Notes: a model not told the origin generated them from the letters alone. Shown: positions 48,284 through 57,701, counted from the stretch's first letter. The stretch is DNA of 64,000 bases from an uncultured Actinomycetes bacterium (GCA_903873715.1 CAIQPS010000094.1:40-64039); one strand, 5' to 3'. Numbers and translations: made by a program.

Positions 48284-48745
48284 CTAGCCCTCGGACTCGA
48301 CCAGCTCCAGGCAGATGCCGTCGGGGTCTCTGAAGTAGCACCATTTCCAGTCGGGCTTCCCAGTCTCCTTGAAGACATTGATGGGAGAGTGGAACTCGAC
48401 GCCCAGATCTTCAAGACGCTTGCGTTCTGCCGCCACGTCGTCGACTCTGAGAGCCAGGTGGGCCGATCCTGCGATCGAGGGGTTCATATGATAGGGCTGG
48501 CAGGCCGGGTCCTTGTACTGGATGAACTCGATCCGATTGCCGGCCAGTTCCATCACCGCGATCTCGAGTTCCGCATGGGACTGGCTGAGGCCCCACTTCG
48601 TTCCGAAGAGCGCGGTGCCCAGTCCGTCGTACTCGTTGCGGCTGCGGGAGCGCAGCGTCAACCCGAGCACATCCTTGTAGAAGTGCACGGTGTCCTCGAT
48701 ATCCGTGACCGAGAAGCTCATGTGGTGCGCGCCTAGAATTGACAC
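48284..48745 (-). CDS. VOC family protein, paralogue of 22294-22803
   Basis: HHMSFSV, IEFIQY, AHLA, YFRDPDGICLELVE; GGGAG RBS before GTG. Confidence 0.9.
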   Translation of the reverse strand: MSILGAHHMSFSVTDIEDTVHFYKDVLGLTLRSRSRNEYDGLGTALFGTKWGLSQSHAELEIAVMELAGNRIEFIQYKDPACQPYHMNPSIAGSAHLALRVDDVAAERKRLEDLGVEFHSPINVFKETGKPDWKWCYFRDPDGICLELVESEG

Positions 48746-48847
48746 TCGATCTCCCTTCTCGCCGGCGCAGATGTTCGGCGTGTTGATGCCTTGCGCCGGG
48801 TCCTCGGGTGTTCTGCCGCCGATTGTTCTTGCTCTGCCCGGTGTTTT

Positions 48848-48890
48848 ACTAATATCACAGCAATGGCGAAGTGTGAATACCCACACTTAA
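48848..48890 (-). promoter_or_regulatory. Island promoter/operator motif, copy 2
   Basis: Minus strand TTAAGT-GTGGGT-ATTC-N15-TGTGATATTAGT; also contains inverted repeat AAGTGTG..CACACTT (48869-48888). Confidence 0.65.
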
Positions 48891-49099
48891 AGGACGAGAG
48901 GCACGTGCGGTAGGCTGACTCGTCTCCGAATCGCCCGACGTCCGGTAGACCCGAAGCGCCTCTTGCTGCATGAAATTGCTGTAAATCATGGGTTTATTGG
49001 CAGCCGCAAACCCGTGGGTCGCGGTAGACATACCAGGGGGAGCCCGTGCCAGGGAGATTGTTTCCCCAAAGAAAATTCCCGTCTCAGAATTCGCAACTA

Positions 49100-49140
49100 G
49101 TTAAACTCCTCTTGACTTTTGTTTAACCCAGCCCTATGGT
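49100..49140 (+). promoter_or_regulatory. Sigma70-type promoter with flanking inverted repeat
   Basis: TTGACT (49112-49117)-N17-TATGGT (49135-49140); GTTAAAC-N14-GTTTAAC straddles the -35. Confidence 0.7.
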
Positions 49141-49178
49141 GTCCACGGTGGTGAACACCTGACGGAGGGGAATTCCTG

Positions 49179-49979
49179 ATGACCCAAGCGGGTTACAAAG
49201 GCTTGAAGGGCAAAGTCTGCGTCGTCACAGGTGCGGCTCAAGGGATCGGTCGGGGGATCGCCACGCGGCTGGCCCAGGAGGGCTGCTCGGTCATCTTCGC
49301 CGATCTCAAGACTGCGGATGTGGAATCCGCCGCTGAAGCCGCTCGGGCTGCTGGAGGCCGGGCGGCCTCCTTCACCGTCGACGTCACCGAACGCTCGTCC
49401 GTGGCAGGCTTGGTGCAGTATGCAGCAGAGACCTTCGGCGCTCTCGACGTCATGTTCAACAACGCCGGCATCACCCACGGGTGCGACTTCCTTGATCTTC
49501 ACGAACGGGATTTCGACCGGGTGATGAGGGTGAACGGCTTAGGAGTGCTCTTCGGCATCCAGGAAGCCGCCAAACAGATGATCAGCCAAGGGACAGGCGG
49601 CAAGATCGTCAACACCAACTCTCAAGCGGGCAAGACGGCGTGGCCAGACTATGCCGGCTACTGCGCGAGCAAGTTCGTGGTGAGTTCCTTGACGCAATCG
49701 GGTGCCCGAGCACTCGCCAAGCACCGGATAACAGTCAATTCCTTCGCCCCCGGCCTGGCGCGGACTCCCATTTGGGAAGTGCTCGAGGCCGATGCCATGG
49801 CTGCCGGGCAGATCCATGAGCGGGGGGAGATGGTCAAGGAGTTCGAAAAGGGCATCTTGCTGGGACGCGGTCAAGAGCCAGGGGAGTTCGGGGGCATCGC
49901 CTGCTATCTCGCCTCTGAGGATTCCGACTGGATCACGGGGCAGACCATCATGATCGATGGCGGGATGGTCTTCCTGTAG
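49179..49979 (+). CDS. SDR oxidoreductase (acetoin reductase / sorbitol dehydrogenase-like)
   Basis: VTGAAQGIG, NNAG, YCASKF, ITGQTIMIDGG. Confidence 0.92.
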   Translation: MTQAGYKGLKGKVCVVTGAAQGIGRGIATRLAQEGCSVIFADLKTADVESAAEAARAAGGRAASFTVDVTERSSVAGLVQYAAETFGALDVMFNNAGITHGCDFLDLHERDFDRVMRVNGLGVLFGIQEAAKQMISQGTGGKIVNTNSQAGKTAWPDYAGYCASKFVVSSLTQSGARALAKHRITVNSFAPGLARTPIWEVLEADAMAAGQIHERGEMVKEFEKGILLGRGQEPGEFGGIACYLASEDSDWITGQTIMIDGGMVFL

Positions 49980-50076
49980 CGGGTGTTTTCGGGTCGATGT
50001 GATAAGGGGGTGACTTGCAGCCTGTCAGAGGCGAAGGGTTCAGGGCAACTGAGCGATCAACAAGGGAGGGCGAGTT

Positions 50077-51495
50077 GTGAGTGACGAGATCAAGAACGTA
50101 AGTCGTCGAGAGTTCCTGAAACTGGCCGGCATCGCCGGTGCCACGCTCGGCGTGGGTGCCGGAGTCGGTGGTTTCCTTGCTTCGTGCGGCGGCGAGACCA
50201 CTACGACCACCGGTGCCACCACGGCCACTACCGCGGCTGCCACCAGCAGCACCGCGGGTGTTGCCACCACGGCCGTGTCGGCCGGCACCGAGACGACCGC
50301 TGCTGCCGCGCAGCTGGCCATTCCGCTCGGCTCGGGCCAGCATATGGTCAACATCGCCGAGACCGCGGCGAACGACTACTTCAAAGAATGGCAGAGGGGC
50401 GCCCAGCAGGCCTGCGACGCTCTCGGCCTGACCCAGGACTATCTGTCCAGCAATATGGACGCCAACCTTGCTCTGAGCCAGATGGAGACCGCTGGTACTC
50501 AGGGCGTCAAGCTGGCTGTCAGCTGCACCCCCGGCCCCGGCCCGCTCCCGCAGGTCGCCGCCGCTGCCAACAAGTACAAGATCTCCTACTGCAACACCTG
50601 GGACTGCCCGGAGTGGGTGCTTCCCCAGGACATGGGCTTCGAGAACGAGAACAGCTACTTCGTCACCTACTTCTCGCCTCTGGCCTTCAAGATCCATTAC
50701 CTCAAGACCAAGCTGCTGTTCGACAAGATGGGCGGCGAGGGCGGCCTCGTCCACATCTCTGGTCTGCCCGGCGGCTCGGCTGACTGGCACCGCACCGTGG
50801 CCTGCGACATGGCGCTGAAGGAATATCCCAAGATCAAACTGCTGTACCGGGAGGCGGGTTCCTGGGTGCGTGACAAGTCCCAGACCGCCATGGAAGCCGC
50901 CATCGCCCGCTTCGGCAAGGACATCAAGGGCGTCATCGGCCAGAACGACGACGAAGCGGCCGGTTGCATCGCAGCCCTCGACGCCGCGAACATGACCGAC
51001 GTCCCGGTGGTGGGCTCCGACGGTACGTCCGAAGCTCTCAACTTCATCAAGAGCGGTCGCATGCTTGCTACCGTGATGGACATCGCCACCTGGCAGGCCG
51101 GCTACATGGTCGTCCGCGCCTTCGACCGCGCGAATGGCTGGATGCCGTCCCCGGTGGAGCGCATCATGAACTCCGAGGGCATCCTCGCCACCACGGACAA
51201 CGTCCAGCAGATCATGGACAAGTTTATCAACAACAAAGAACCGGCCTTCGACTTCAAACTCATGTCTCAGGTGCTCCATCCGGACGATTGGGATGTCCAG
51301 AACGGTCTGGTGTGCCTGCGTCCGGATGACTGGTGGGGCCCGGGGCCGGTCGCCAAACCGGCCGATTGGGACGCCAAACATCCCGAGTACGTGGCCGCAG
51401 TCAAAGCCGGCGACTACGACAAGTACGACAAGCTGTACGCGGATCACTACAAGAAAAAGACGTACGACGGCATCCCCAAGGCCATCTACGGCTAG
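50077..51495 (+). CDS. Sugar-type (CUT2) ABC substrate-binding Tat lipoprotein
   Basis: SRREFLK, LASC lipobox, Thr/Ala linker, GQNDDEAAG, VVGSDG; long C-terminal extension. Confidence 0.88.
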   Translation: MSDEIKNVSRREFLKLAGIAGATLGVGAGVGGFLASCGGETTTTTGATTATTAAATSSTAGVATTAVSAGTETTAAAAQLAIPLGSGQHMVNIAETAANDYFKEWQRGAQQACDALGLTQDYLSSNMDANLALSQMETAGTQGVKLAVSCTPGPGPLPQVAAAANKYKISYCNTWDCPEWVLPQDMGFENENSYFVTYFSPLAFKIHYLKTKLLFDKMGGEGGLVHISGLPGGSADWHRTVACDMALKEYPKIKLLYREAGSWVRDKSQTAMEAAIARFGKDIKGVIGQNDDEAAGCIAALDAANMTDVPVVGSDGTSEALNFIKSGRMLATVMDIATWQAGYMVVRAFDRANGWMPSPVERIMNSEGILATTDNVQQIMDKFINNKEPAFDFKLMSQVLHPDDWDVQNGLVCLRPDDWWGPGPVAKPADWDAKHPEYVAAVKAGDYDKYDKLYADHYKKKTYDGIPKAIYG

Positions 51496-51508
51496 AACGC
51501 GCCCCGAT

Positions 51509-51541
51509 GGTGCACCCGAGGCCTGGGGCCTCGGGTGCACC
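51509..51541 (+). terminator. 15-bp perfect stem-loop after the SBP gene
   Basis: GGTGCACCCGAGGCC-TGG-GGCCTCGGGTGCACC. Confidence 0.75.
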
Positions 51542-51646
51542 GGCTTGTTAGTATGTTGAAACGACCGTCCACAAACATGTGCTTCCATCCGAAATCTCCG
51601 CTCGGAGATGTTCTGAGAGCACATATTTCTCGGAGGACCGCCGAAG

Positions 51647-53170
51647 ATGGCTGAGATTCATCTGACCGCACGGGGTCTTACCAAGGACTATCCAGGCGTG
51701 CGAGCGCTCGATGATGTCAGCATCGACATCTACGAGAACGAAGTCGTCGGACTCATAGGTGAGAACGGCGCGGGCAAGTCGACGTTCCTCAACGTCGCAA
51801 GCGGCATCACGAAGGCCACTCACGGCGAGATGCTGCTACGTGGCCAGCCATTCCAGCCGATCGGCTATCACAGTTCGATGCTGCAAGGCGTGGACCGCGT
51901 GTTTCAGGAACAGGCCCTCGTCCCGAACCTCAGGGTCTACGAGAACATGTTCCTGTCGCACGAGAAGCACTTCAAGAAATGGGGCGTCCTGCTCGACCAG
52001 CGGAAGATGGCGGACAGCGCGCGCAAGGAACTGTCGCTGCTCGGCCTGGACATCGATCCCACCAGCCTGACCGAGAACTTCAATACCGCCACCCGGCAAC
52101 TTATCGAGATCGCCCGAGCGTGCACGATGTCCGCCTGGCTGGGCATCGACCGGCCACTGATCCTCTTGGACGAGCCGACCGCCTCGCTTCCTGCCGCTGA
52201 CGTGGACATACTGTTCGACGTCGTCCGCAGGCTCAAACAACGGGCGTCCTTCGTGTTCGTCTCACACCGCCTGCCCGAGGTCCTGGCTCTGAGCGACCGG
52301 ATTTATGTGATGAAGGACGGGAGGGTCGTCGCAGAGACGACTCCGGGTGCCGCCTCCGAAGGCACGCTCCACGCACTGATGGTGGGCCGTGAGCGAGTGG
52401 CGGACTACTACAGAGAATCACGACAGACCTGCTCTTTCGGGGATGAGGTCCTACGGGTCGAAGGGCTTTCGATCTCCGGAGTGTTCTCCGATGTGAGTCT
52501 GTCCGTGAGGTCCGGTGAGATCGTGGGTATCGGCGGCGTGCTGGGTTCCGGCAAGACCGAGGTCGGCCGGGCTATCGCCGGTGTGCTCTCTGGCGCGACG
52601 GGCGAGATGACGGTCTGCGGCGACATGCACGTGAGCCGGAGCGTTGCCGATGCCATGGAGCGGGGCGTCGCCTACATGCCTCCCGAGCGTCACACCGAGG
52701 GCGTCATGCTCGGCGAGCCTGTCGATTGGAACATGTCCCTCGCTTGCCTGGCGAAGGGATTCGGCCGCAACGGCTGGCTGGATGTGGGGCATGAGCGCAA
52801 GCAGGTGGAGGAATACATCCACCTGCTGGGCGTGAAGACCCCGAGCCGACGGACCCAACTGCTCAGCTTGAGCGGCGGCAACCAGCAGAAGGTAGTTCTC
52901 GCCAAATGGCTGCTGACCGATCCCAAGGTCTTGATCCTCGACAACCCCACTCATGGGATCGACGCCGGCGCCAAAGAGGAGATCTACGAGTTGCTCCGCA
53001 ACTTGGCCGATCAAGGGGTCGCGATCCTCGTCATCACCGATGACCTGGCCGAACTCATCGGCCTGAGCGATCGCATCCTGGTCATGAGAGACGGAACGAT
53101 CACTTGGCAGGGAGACACTCCCTGCGGAGCCAAGCCGTCCGAGAAAAACGTCATTGCGAACATGGTCTAA
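51647..53170 (+). CDS. Sugar ABC transporter ATP-binding protein (RbsA-like, duplicated NBD)
   Basis: GENGAGKST, LLDEPT, LSGGNQQKV. Confidence 0.95.
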   Translation: MAEIHLTARGLTKDYPGVRALDDVSIDIYENEVVGLIGENGAGKSTFLNVASGITKATHGEMLLRGQPFQPIGYHSSMLQGVDRVFQEQALVPNLRVYENMFLSHEKHFKKWGVLLDQRKMADSARKELSLLGLDIDPTSLTENFNTATRQLIEIARACTMSAWLGIDRPLILLDEPTASLPAADVDILFDVVRRLKQRASFVFVSHRLPEVLALSDRIYVMKDGRVVAETTPGAASEGTLHALMVGRERVADYYRESRQTCSFGDEVLRVEGLSISGVFSDVSLSVRSGEIVGIGGVLGSGKTEVGRAIAGVLSGATGEMTVCGDMHVSRSVADAMERGVAYMPPERHTEGVMLGEPVDWNMSLACLAKGFGRNGWLDVGHERKQVEEYIHLLGVKTPSRRTQLLSLSGGNQQKVVLAKWLLTDPKVLILDNPTHGIDAGAKEEIYELLRNLADQGVAILVITDDLAELIGLSDRILVMRDGTITWQGDTPCGAKPSEKNVIANMV

Positions 53171-53188
53171 GGCGCCGAGGAGGAAACG

Positions 53189-54184
53189 GTGAGTAGTGAA
53201 GTGACGACAACGGCATCAGCCACTGTCGGGTCGACGAAAGCCCGGAGGATCCGGCTCCAGGGACCTGTGTTGGCTCTGATGTCTCTCGTGCTGCTGTTGA
53301 TAGTGTTCTCCGCCTTGAACGCCAGGTTCTTCAGCGTGGACAACCTCTACAACATCTTGAGAGGCACGTCCGTGCTCCTCGTGGCCGCTTCCGGTGCCAC
53401 GTTCATCATCATGATGGGCAGTATCGACCTGTCTGTCGGCGCGGTGGTGGGCGGGGTCGGCATCGTCGCCGGCGTCCTCCTGCGTGACTATGGGACCGGG
53501 GCCTGGACGATCCTGATCGTATTGGTCCTTGGATTGATCATCGGCGCCTTCAACGGCTTTCTCTTCGCCTACATAAAGCTTCCCAGCTTCCTGGTGACAC
53601 TCGGCTCGCTCAGTATCGTCGTCGGCCTCTCGGACGTGCTGGTGAACGGCGTCCCGGTGCAAGTCGATCGGCACCAGGCGTTCGTGAAGATCCTCGGAGG
53701 GACGATCAACAACTTCCCGATCATCGCCCTCTGGGCCATCTTCGTGGTGATCGTCTGCATAATCGTTGCCTTCAGGACCAGGTTCGGCCGCTACATGTTC
53801 GCGCTGGGCGGCGGCGAGAGGGTGGCCGCGCTGGCCGGTCTGCCTGTTCGGCGTTACAAGCTGTACGCCTTCCTGGTGGCCGGCGTACTGGCCGCTTTCG
53901 CGGCTTGCCTGCTGACCGCCCGCCTATCCTCGGGCTCGCCGGGCATGGGCGACTCCTATCTGCTCGACTCGATCGCGGCTGTCGTCATGGGCGGCACGGC
54001 TCTGAGCGGCGGCGTCGGCGGCCCGCACCGGACCATCCTGGGGGCGCTCATCATCGGCGTCCTAAGCAACGGTCTGAACCTGGTCGGCGTGGACCCGTTC
54101 TGGCAGATGGTCGTAAAAGGCTTCGTCGTGATCGTTGCGGTCATCATGAGCATCGACCGGTCGAAGATCCAGATCGTCAAGTAA
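53189..54184 (+). CDS. Sugar ABC transporter permease (RbsC-like)
   Basis: IDLSVG, LPSFLVTLG, TRFGR, IAAVVMGGTALSGG. Confidence 0.95.
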   Translation: MSSEVTTTASATVGSTKARRIRLQGPVLALMSLVLLLIVFSALNARFFSVDNLYNILRGTSVLLVAASGATFIIMMGSIDLSVGAVVGGVGIVAGVLLRDYGTGAWTILIVLVLGLIIGAFNGFLFAYIKLPSFLVTLGSLSIVVGLSDVLVNGVPVQVDRHQAFVKILGGTINNFPIIALWAIFVVIVCIIVAFRTRFGRYMFALGGGERVAALAGLPVRRYKLYAFLVAGVLAAFAACLLTARLSSGSPGMGDSYLLDSIAAVVMGGTALSGGVGGPHRTILGALIIGVLSNGLNLVGVDPFWQMVVKGFVVIVAVIMSIDRSKIQIVK

Positions 54185-54295
54185 GACCGTCGCTCCACCG
54201 GCCGGGCCGGATCAGCGACTTGCTCGAGAGAACACCAGGGGCGGGGGTCCCGCTGCTGGGTCGCTCCACCCAGACACAGATACTAGGAGGACACC

Positions 54296-55318
54296 TTGAA
54301 AGGCTTCGTCATCACCGCCCCGAACGAGTACGCGTACCAGGACTTCCCCGATCCGGTCATCAGCGACGACGAGGTCCTCATCAAGTCCCGGGCGAGTGGT
54401 ATCTGCCATTCGGACTACGAACTGATCTCCGGGCAGTACATCATCCCGTTCACGTACCCCGTGATCCCGGGCCACGAGTGGTCCGGAGAAGTGGTGGACG
54501 TAGGCAGGAACGTCACCCGGTTCAAGGCCGGCGACCGGGTCGTGGGCGAGTGCGTCATCGGTTGCGGAGCGTGCCCCATCTGCCAGAGCGGGAACTTCAC
54601 CAACTGCCCGACTTCCGATCACTTCGGTTTCACCATCAACGGCGCCCATGCTGAATACCTGAAAGCGAAGCCTGAGTGGCTGCACAAGCTGCCGGACGCC
54701 GTCTCCTACAAGCAAGGAGCGCTCATCGAGCCGTTCAGCGTGGCCTACCACGCGATCGTGGCCAACGGGGGAACCGACGCCAGCGAGGTCGTGGCTGTTC
54801 TGGGCGGCGGCCCCATCGGCCAGGCTGCCGTTGCCGCGGCCAGTGGTATGGGTGCACGGGTCGTGCTCATCGAGCCGTTGGCCCATCGTCAGGAGATCGG
54901 CAAGAAACTGGGCGCGACGACGGTCGTCGACCCGACCTCGGCTGACGCGGTAGAAGTGGTCAAGGAGATGACCGGAGGCTTCGGTGCTGACCTCGTGATC
55001 GAATCGGCCGGTGTAGACGCTTCGCTGGCATCGGCGTTCAACCTGCCTAGGAACAACGGGCGCATCTCGTTCGTGGGTATCAATATCGGCAAGGTCATCC
55101 CGGTGGAACTGGGCAAGATCCAGGCAAGAGGCCTACAGGTCAAGGGGATGGTCGGCTCTCCATACGTCTGGGAACGGTGCATCGCTTTCCTCGCGCACAG
55201 CGGCAAAGACATCTCTCCGATCGTTACCCACGAGTTCAAGTTGGACGAGGTGGAGGATGCGTTCACCCTTGCTTCAAAACGTTCCGAGTGCATCAAGGTG
55301 ATGGTGTTCAACGACTAG
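54296..55318 (+). CDS. Zn-dependent alcohol/polyol dehydrogenase
   Basis: GICHSD, GHEW, CGACPICQSG..C, GGGPIG; AGGAGG RBS with TTG start. Confidence 0.9.
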   Translation: MKGFVITAPNEYAYQDFPDPVISDDEVLIKSRASGICHSDYELISGQYIIPFTYPVIPGHEWSGEVVDVGRNVTRFKAGDRVVGECVIGCGACPICQSGNFTNCPTSDHFGFTINGAHAEYLKAKPEWLHKLPDAVSYKQGALIEPFSVAYHAIVANGGTDASEVVAVLGGGPIGQAAVAAASGMGARVVLIEPLAHRQEIGKKLGATTVVDPTSADAVEVVKEMTGGFGADLVIESAGVDASLASAFNLPRNNGRISFVGINIGKVIPVELGKIQARGLQVKGMVGSPYVWERCIAFLAHSGKDISPIVTHEFKLDEVEDAFTLASKRSECIKVMVFND

Positions 55319-55438
55319 AGCCGCCTGCGCTTGCTAACGCGCGGCATGGTGAGTGTGTAAACTAAAGGTTGAAAGCTGAGGCTTGCTCAGGTATGCCAAC
55401 GAAGTTTGTGGACTGAGCGATGGGGTGCGCACGAAGAG

Positions 55439-56128
55439 ATGGCTGAAGATCAAGAAATGCCTGCAGTCGTAGAGCGTCTGACCCAGCTGGGCCTGAAGAT
55501 CCGCGAGGCTCGCCGCATGCGCGGCCTGACTCTCCAGGAGCTTGCAGGGAAGGTCGGCCTCACGGCGAGCCACATCAGCCAGATAGAACGTGGGCTCACG
55601 AGCCCGTCTGTGAGTGCGCTCTTGAGCATCGCAGGTGCGCTCGATCTCCCCATGGAGCACTTTTTCGCCCACGAGCAAGACGCCCCGATGATCGCACGCT
55701 CGGTCCTTTCAGCTCACGCGCTCCTCACCAGACAACCGGCCCCTGGCAACGGCTCGCAGGGTGCCGAGGCCTCGACGCGCTCACGAAGCGGTGAGAAGAG
55801 CCCAGTGGTCATCCCCGAGGACCGGGAGACCATCAACATCATCGGCGGCATCCAGTGGCAGCGGCTGACGCCGACCAACGAGGAGGCAATCGAGTTCCTC
55901 GAGTTGCACTACGCGCCGGGTGCGTCGAGCGGGGAACACGCATATGCTCACCGCGGGAGAGAGTTCGGCCGTGTGCTACAGGGCACGCTGCTCGTCGAGC
56001 TCGGTTTCTCTAGGTACACGCTTCACGAAGGCGATGCCATCACCTTCGATTGCAGCATTCCGCATCGTTTCACCAACATAGGCGACGATCCGTTCATCGG
56101 TGTGTGGGTGATCCTCGATCGGCTGTAG
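55439..56128 (+). CDS. XRE-family HTH plus cupin transcriptional regulator
   Basis: GLTLQELA..SHISQIERG..PS; C-terminal H.G.EF..GDAITFD..PHRF. Confidence 0.9.
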   Translation: MAEDQEMPAVVERLTQLGLKIREARRMRGLTLQELAGKVGLTASHISQIERGLTSPSVSALLSIAGALDLPMEHFFAHEQDAPMIARSVLSAHALLTRQPAPGNGSQGAEASTRSRSGEKSPVVIPEDRETINIIGGIQWQRLTPTNEEAIEFLELHYAPGASSGEHAYAHRGREFGRVLQGTLLVELGFSRYTLHEGDAITFDCSIPHRFTNIGDDPFIGVWVILDRL

Positions 56129-56164
56129 CCCGGGGCCTCACCGGCCCCGAGCTACAGCCGATCG
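56116..56164 (+). terminator. Long stem-loop overlapping the regulator stop codon
   Basis: CGATCGGCTGTAGC..CGGGGCC-TCACC-GGCCCCG..GCTACAGCCGATCG. Confidence 0.7.
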
Positions 56165-56396
56165 TCATACGTCTCTGACCCGAACTGGGTTCTCTTTCTC
56201 CACAATCGTCCTCCGGCGCTTGTAGCTCCTGTGCACGCAACCGTCAGATTGCGCTCCCATGAGTTTGGGTCAGCTGAAATTCATCCTGTCAGTTGAAATG
56301 CTAGTTGAATTATTGGTGGCTACGTTGTAATTTGGCATTCGTACCCAGGTAATGCCGATGTCTCCCGCGATGACGGGGACCGAGGAGGCGATCTGC

Positions 56397-56756
56397 ATGT
56401 CAGGCAAGCTCTGCAAAGTCACCAAGGACAGCACGTGGGTGACCGAAGTGCCCAATCACATCGCGTACCGCTTGACCCCGATGGTGAGCCCCAAGACCTG
56501 CCCTGGCGCGCAGATCGAATTCTATGTAGGGGAGTTCGAACCGGGCAAAGGGGGGGCGATCCCGCATACCCACGCCAAAGAGGACCATGTCTTCTACGTG
56601 CTTTCCGGCCGCGCGACCTCCAAGGTTGGCGACGAGGTCCACATGTGCGAGCCCGGTGACGCCCTATGGGTCCCGGCGGGCGAGATGCACGACTTCGACG
56701 TGGTCGGCGGCGAGACCTTCCGCGTCATCGCCATCTTCTCGCCGCCTCGCGCGTAG
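56397..56756 (+). CDS. Cupin domain protein
   Basis: PHTHAKEDHVFYVLSG..GD.LWVP.GEMH; GAGGAGG RBS. Confidence 0.88.
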   Translation: MSGKLCKVTKDSTWVTEVPNHIAYRLTPMVSPKTCPGAQIEFYVGEFEPGKGGAIPHTHAKEDHVFYVLSGRATSKVGDEVHMCEPGDALWVPAGEMHDFDVVGGETFRVIAIFSPPRA

Positions 56757-56798
56757 GCCACGTATCCCGCATCTCCGGCTGCGAAGGAAAGGATTGAC

Positions 56799-57701
56799 AT
56801 GGGAACGGTAGGTTTCGTTGGCGTCGGCAAGATGGGATCGCGGATGGCCAACAGGCTCATCGACGCCGGACACCAACTCACGGTCTGGAACCGGCAGGAC
56901 CCGTTCTTCGAGGAGAACGTGAGGCCTCTGGCGGCCAAGGGCGCCACGATCGCGTCGAGCCCCGCTGAGGCGGCCGACTCGAAAGACATCTGTTTCGTGA
57001 ACGTCGCCGATGGTCCCAGTCTGAAGGAAGTGTGCCTGGGAGCCGGCGGGATCCTTTCGGCGGTCACTCTGCCCAAGCTGCTCGTCGACATGGCGACAGT
57101 CGGGCCTTGGGAGTCTGAGGAGATCGCGGCCGCGGCGGCTGCCAAGGGTGTGGGGTTCCTGCGCTCACCCGTGAGCGGTAGCACCGTGCTTGCCGAAGCG
57201 GGCAAGCTCACGGTCATCGCGTCGGGCGCGAAGGAAGACTACGATGCGGCGGATCCCTATCTCGCCTCCATCGGTGAGATCCGGTACTACGTGGGCCCGG
57301 GCGAGAACGCCCGCTACCTGAAGCTCATCTTCAATCTGAACATCTTCGCCCAGATGCAGATCCTTGCGGAGAGCGCTGTGCTCGGTGAAAAAGGCGGCCT
57401 CGACTGGAGCGAGATGTTGGAGGTCATCACCTCGAGCGTAGCGGCTTCTCCGTTCGTCAAGTACAAGATCCCGCCGATGCAGAAGAGGGACTACAGCCCG
57501 GCCTTCACCCTCGGTCTGGCGCGGAAGGATGTCAAGCTCGCTCTCGAGGCCGCACGCCGGGCAGGCGTCGACATGCCGGTGACAGAGCTGGTGCTGAACC
57601 TGCAGGAGCAGGCCATGGACGAGGGCCTCGCCGATCTCGACGTGGCTGCCGTGACTCTTTGGTACCAGAAGAAGGCGGGGCTCGAGGCTAACGACCAGTA
57701 G
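56799..57701 (+). CDS. NAD(P)-dependent beta-hydroxyacid dehydrogenase (3-hydroxyisobutyrate/tartronate semialdehyde reductase family)
   Basis: GFVGVGKMG, PVSGS, LKLIFN catalytic Lys, KDVKLAL. Confidence 0.9.
   Translation: MGTVGFVGVGKMGSRMANRLIDAGHQLTVWNRQDPFFEENVRPLAAKGATIASSPAEAADSKDICFVNVADGPSLKEVCLGAGGILSAVTLPKLLVDMATVGPWESEEIAAAAAAKGVGFLRSPVSGSTVLAEAGKLTVIASGAKEDYDAADPYLASIGEIRYYVGPGENARYLKLIFNLNIFAQMQILAESAVLGEKGGLDWSEMLEVITSSVAASPFVKYKIPPMQKRDYSPAFTLGLARKDVKLALEAARRAGVDMPVTELVLNLQEQAMDEGLADLDVAAVTLWYQKKAGLEANDQ

Noticed and set aside
48890-49100. Known riboswitch, tRNA or sigma54 promoter in the long divergent intergenic region
   Set aside because: No recognisable consensus (no cloverleaf, no TGGCAC-N5-TTGC); an Rfam scan would be needed to exclude it fully
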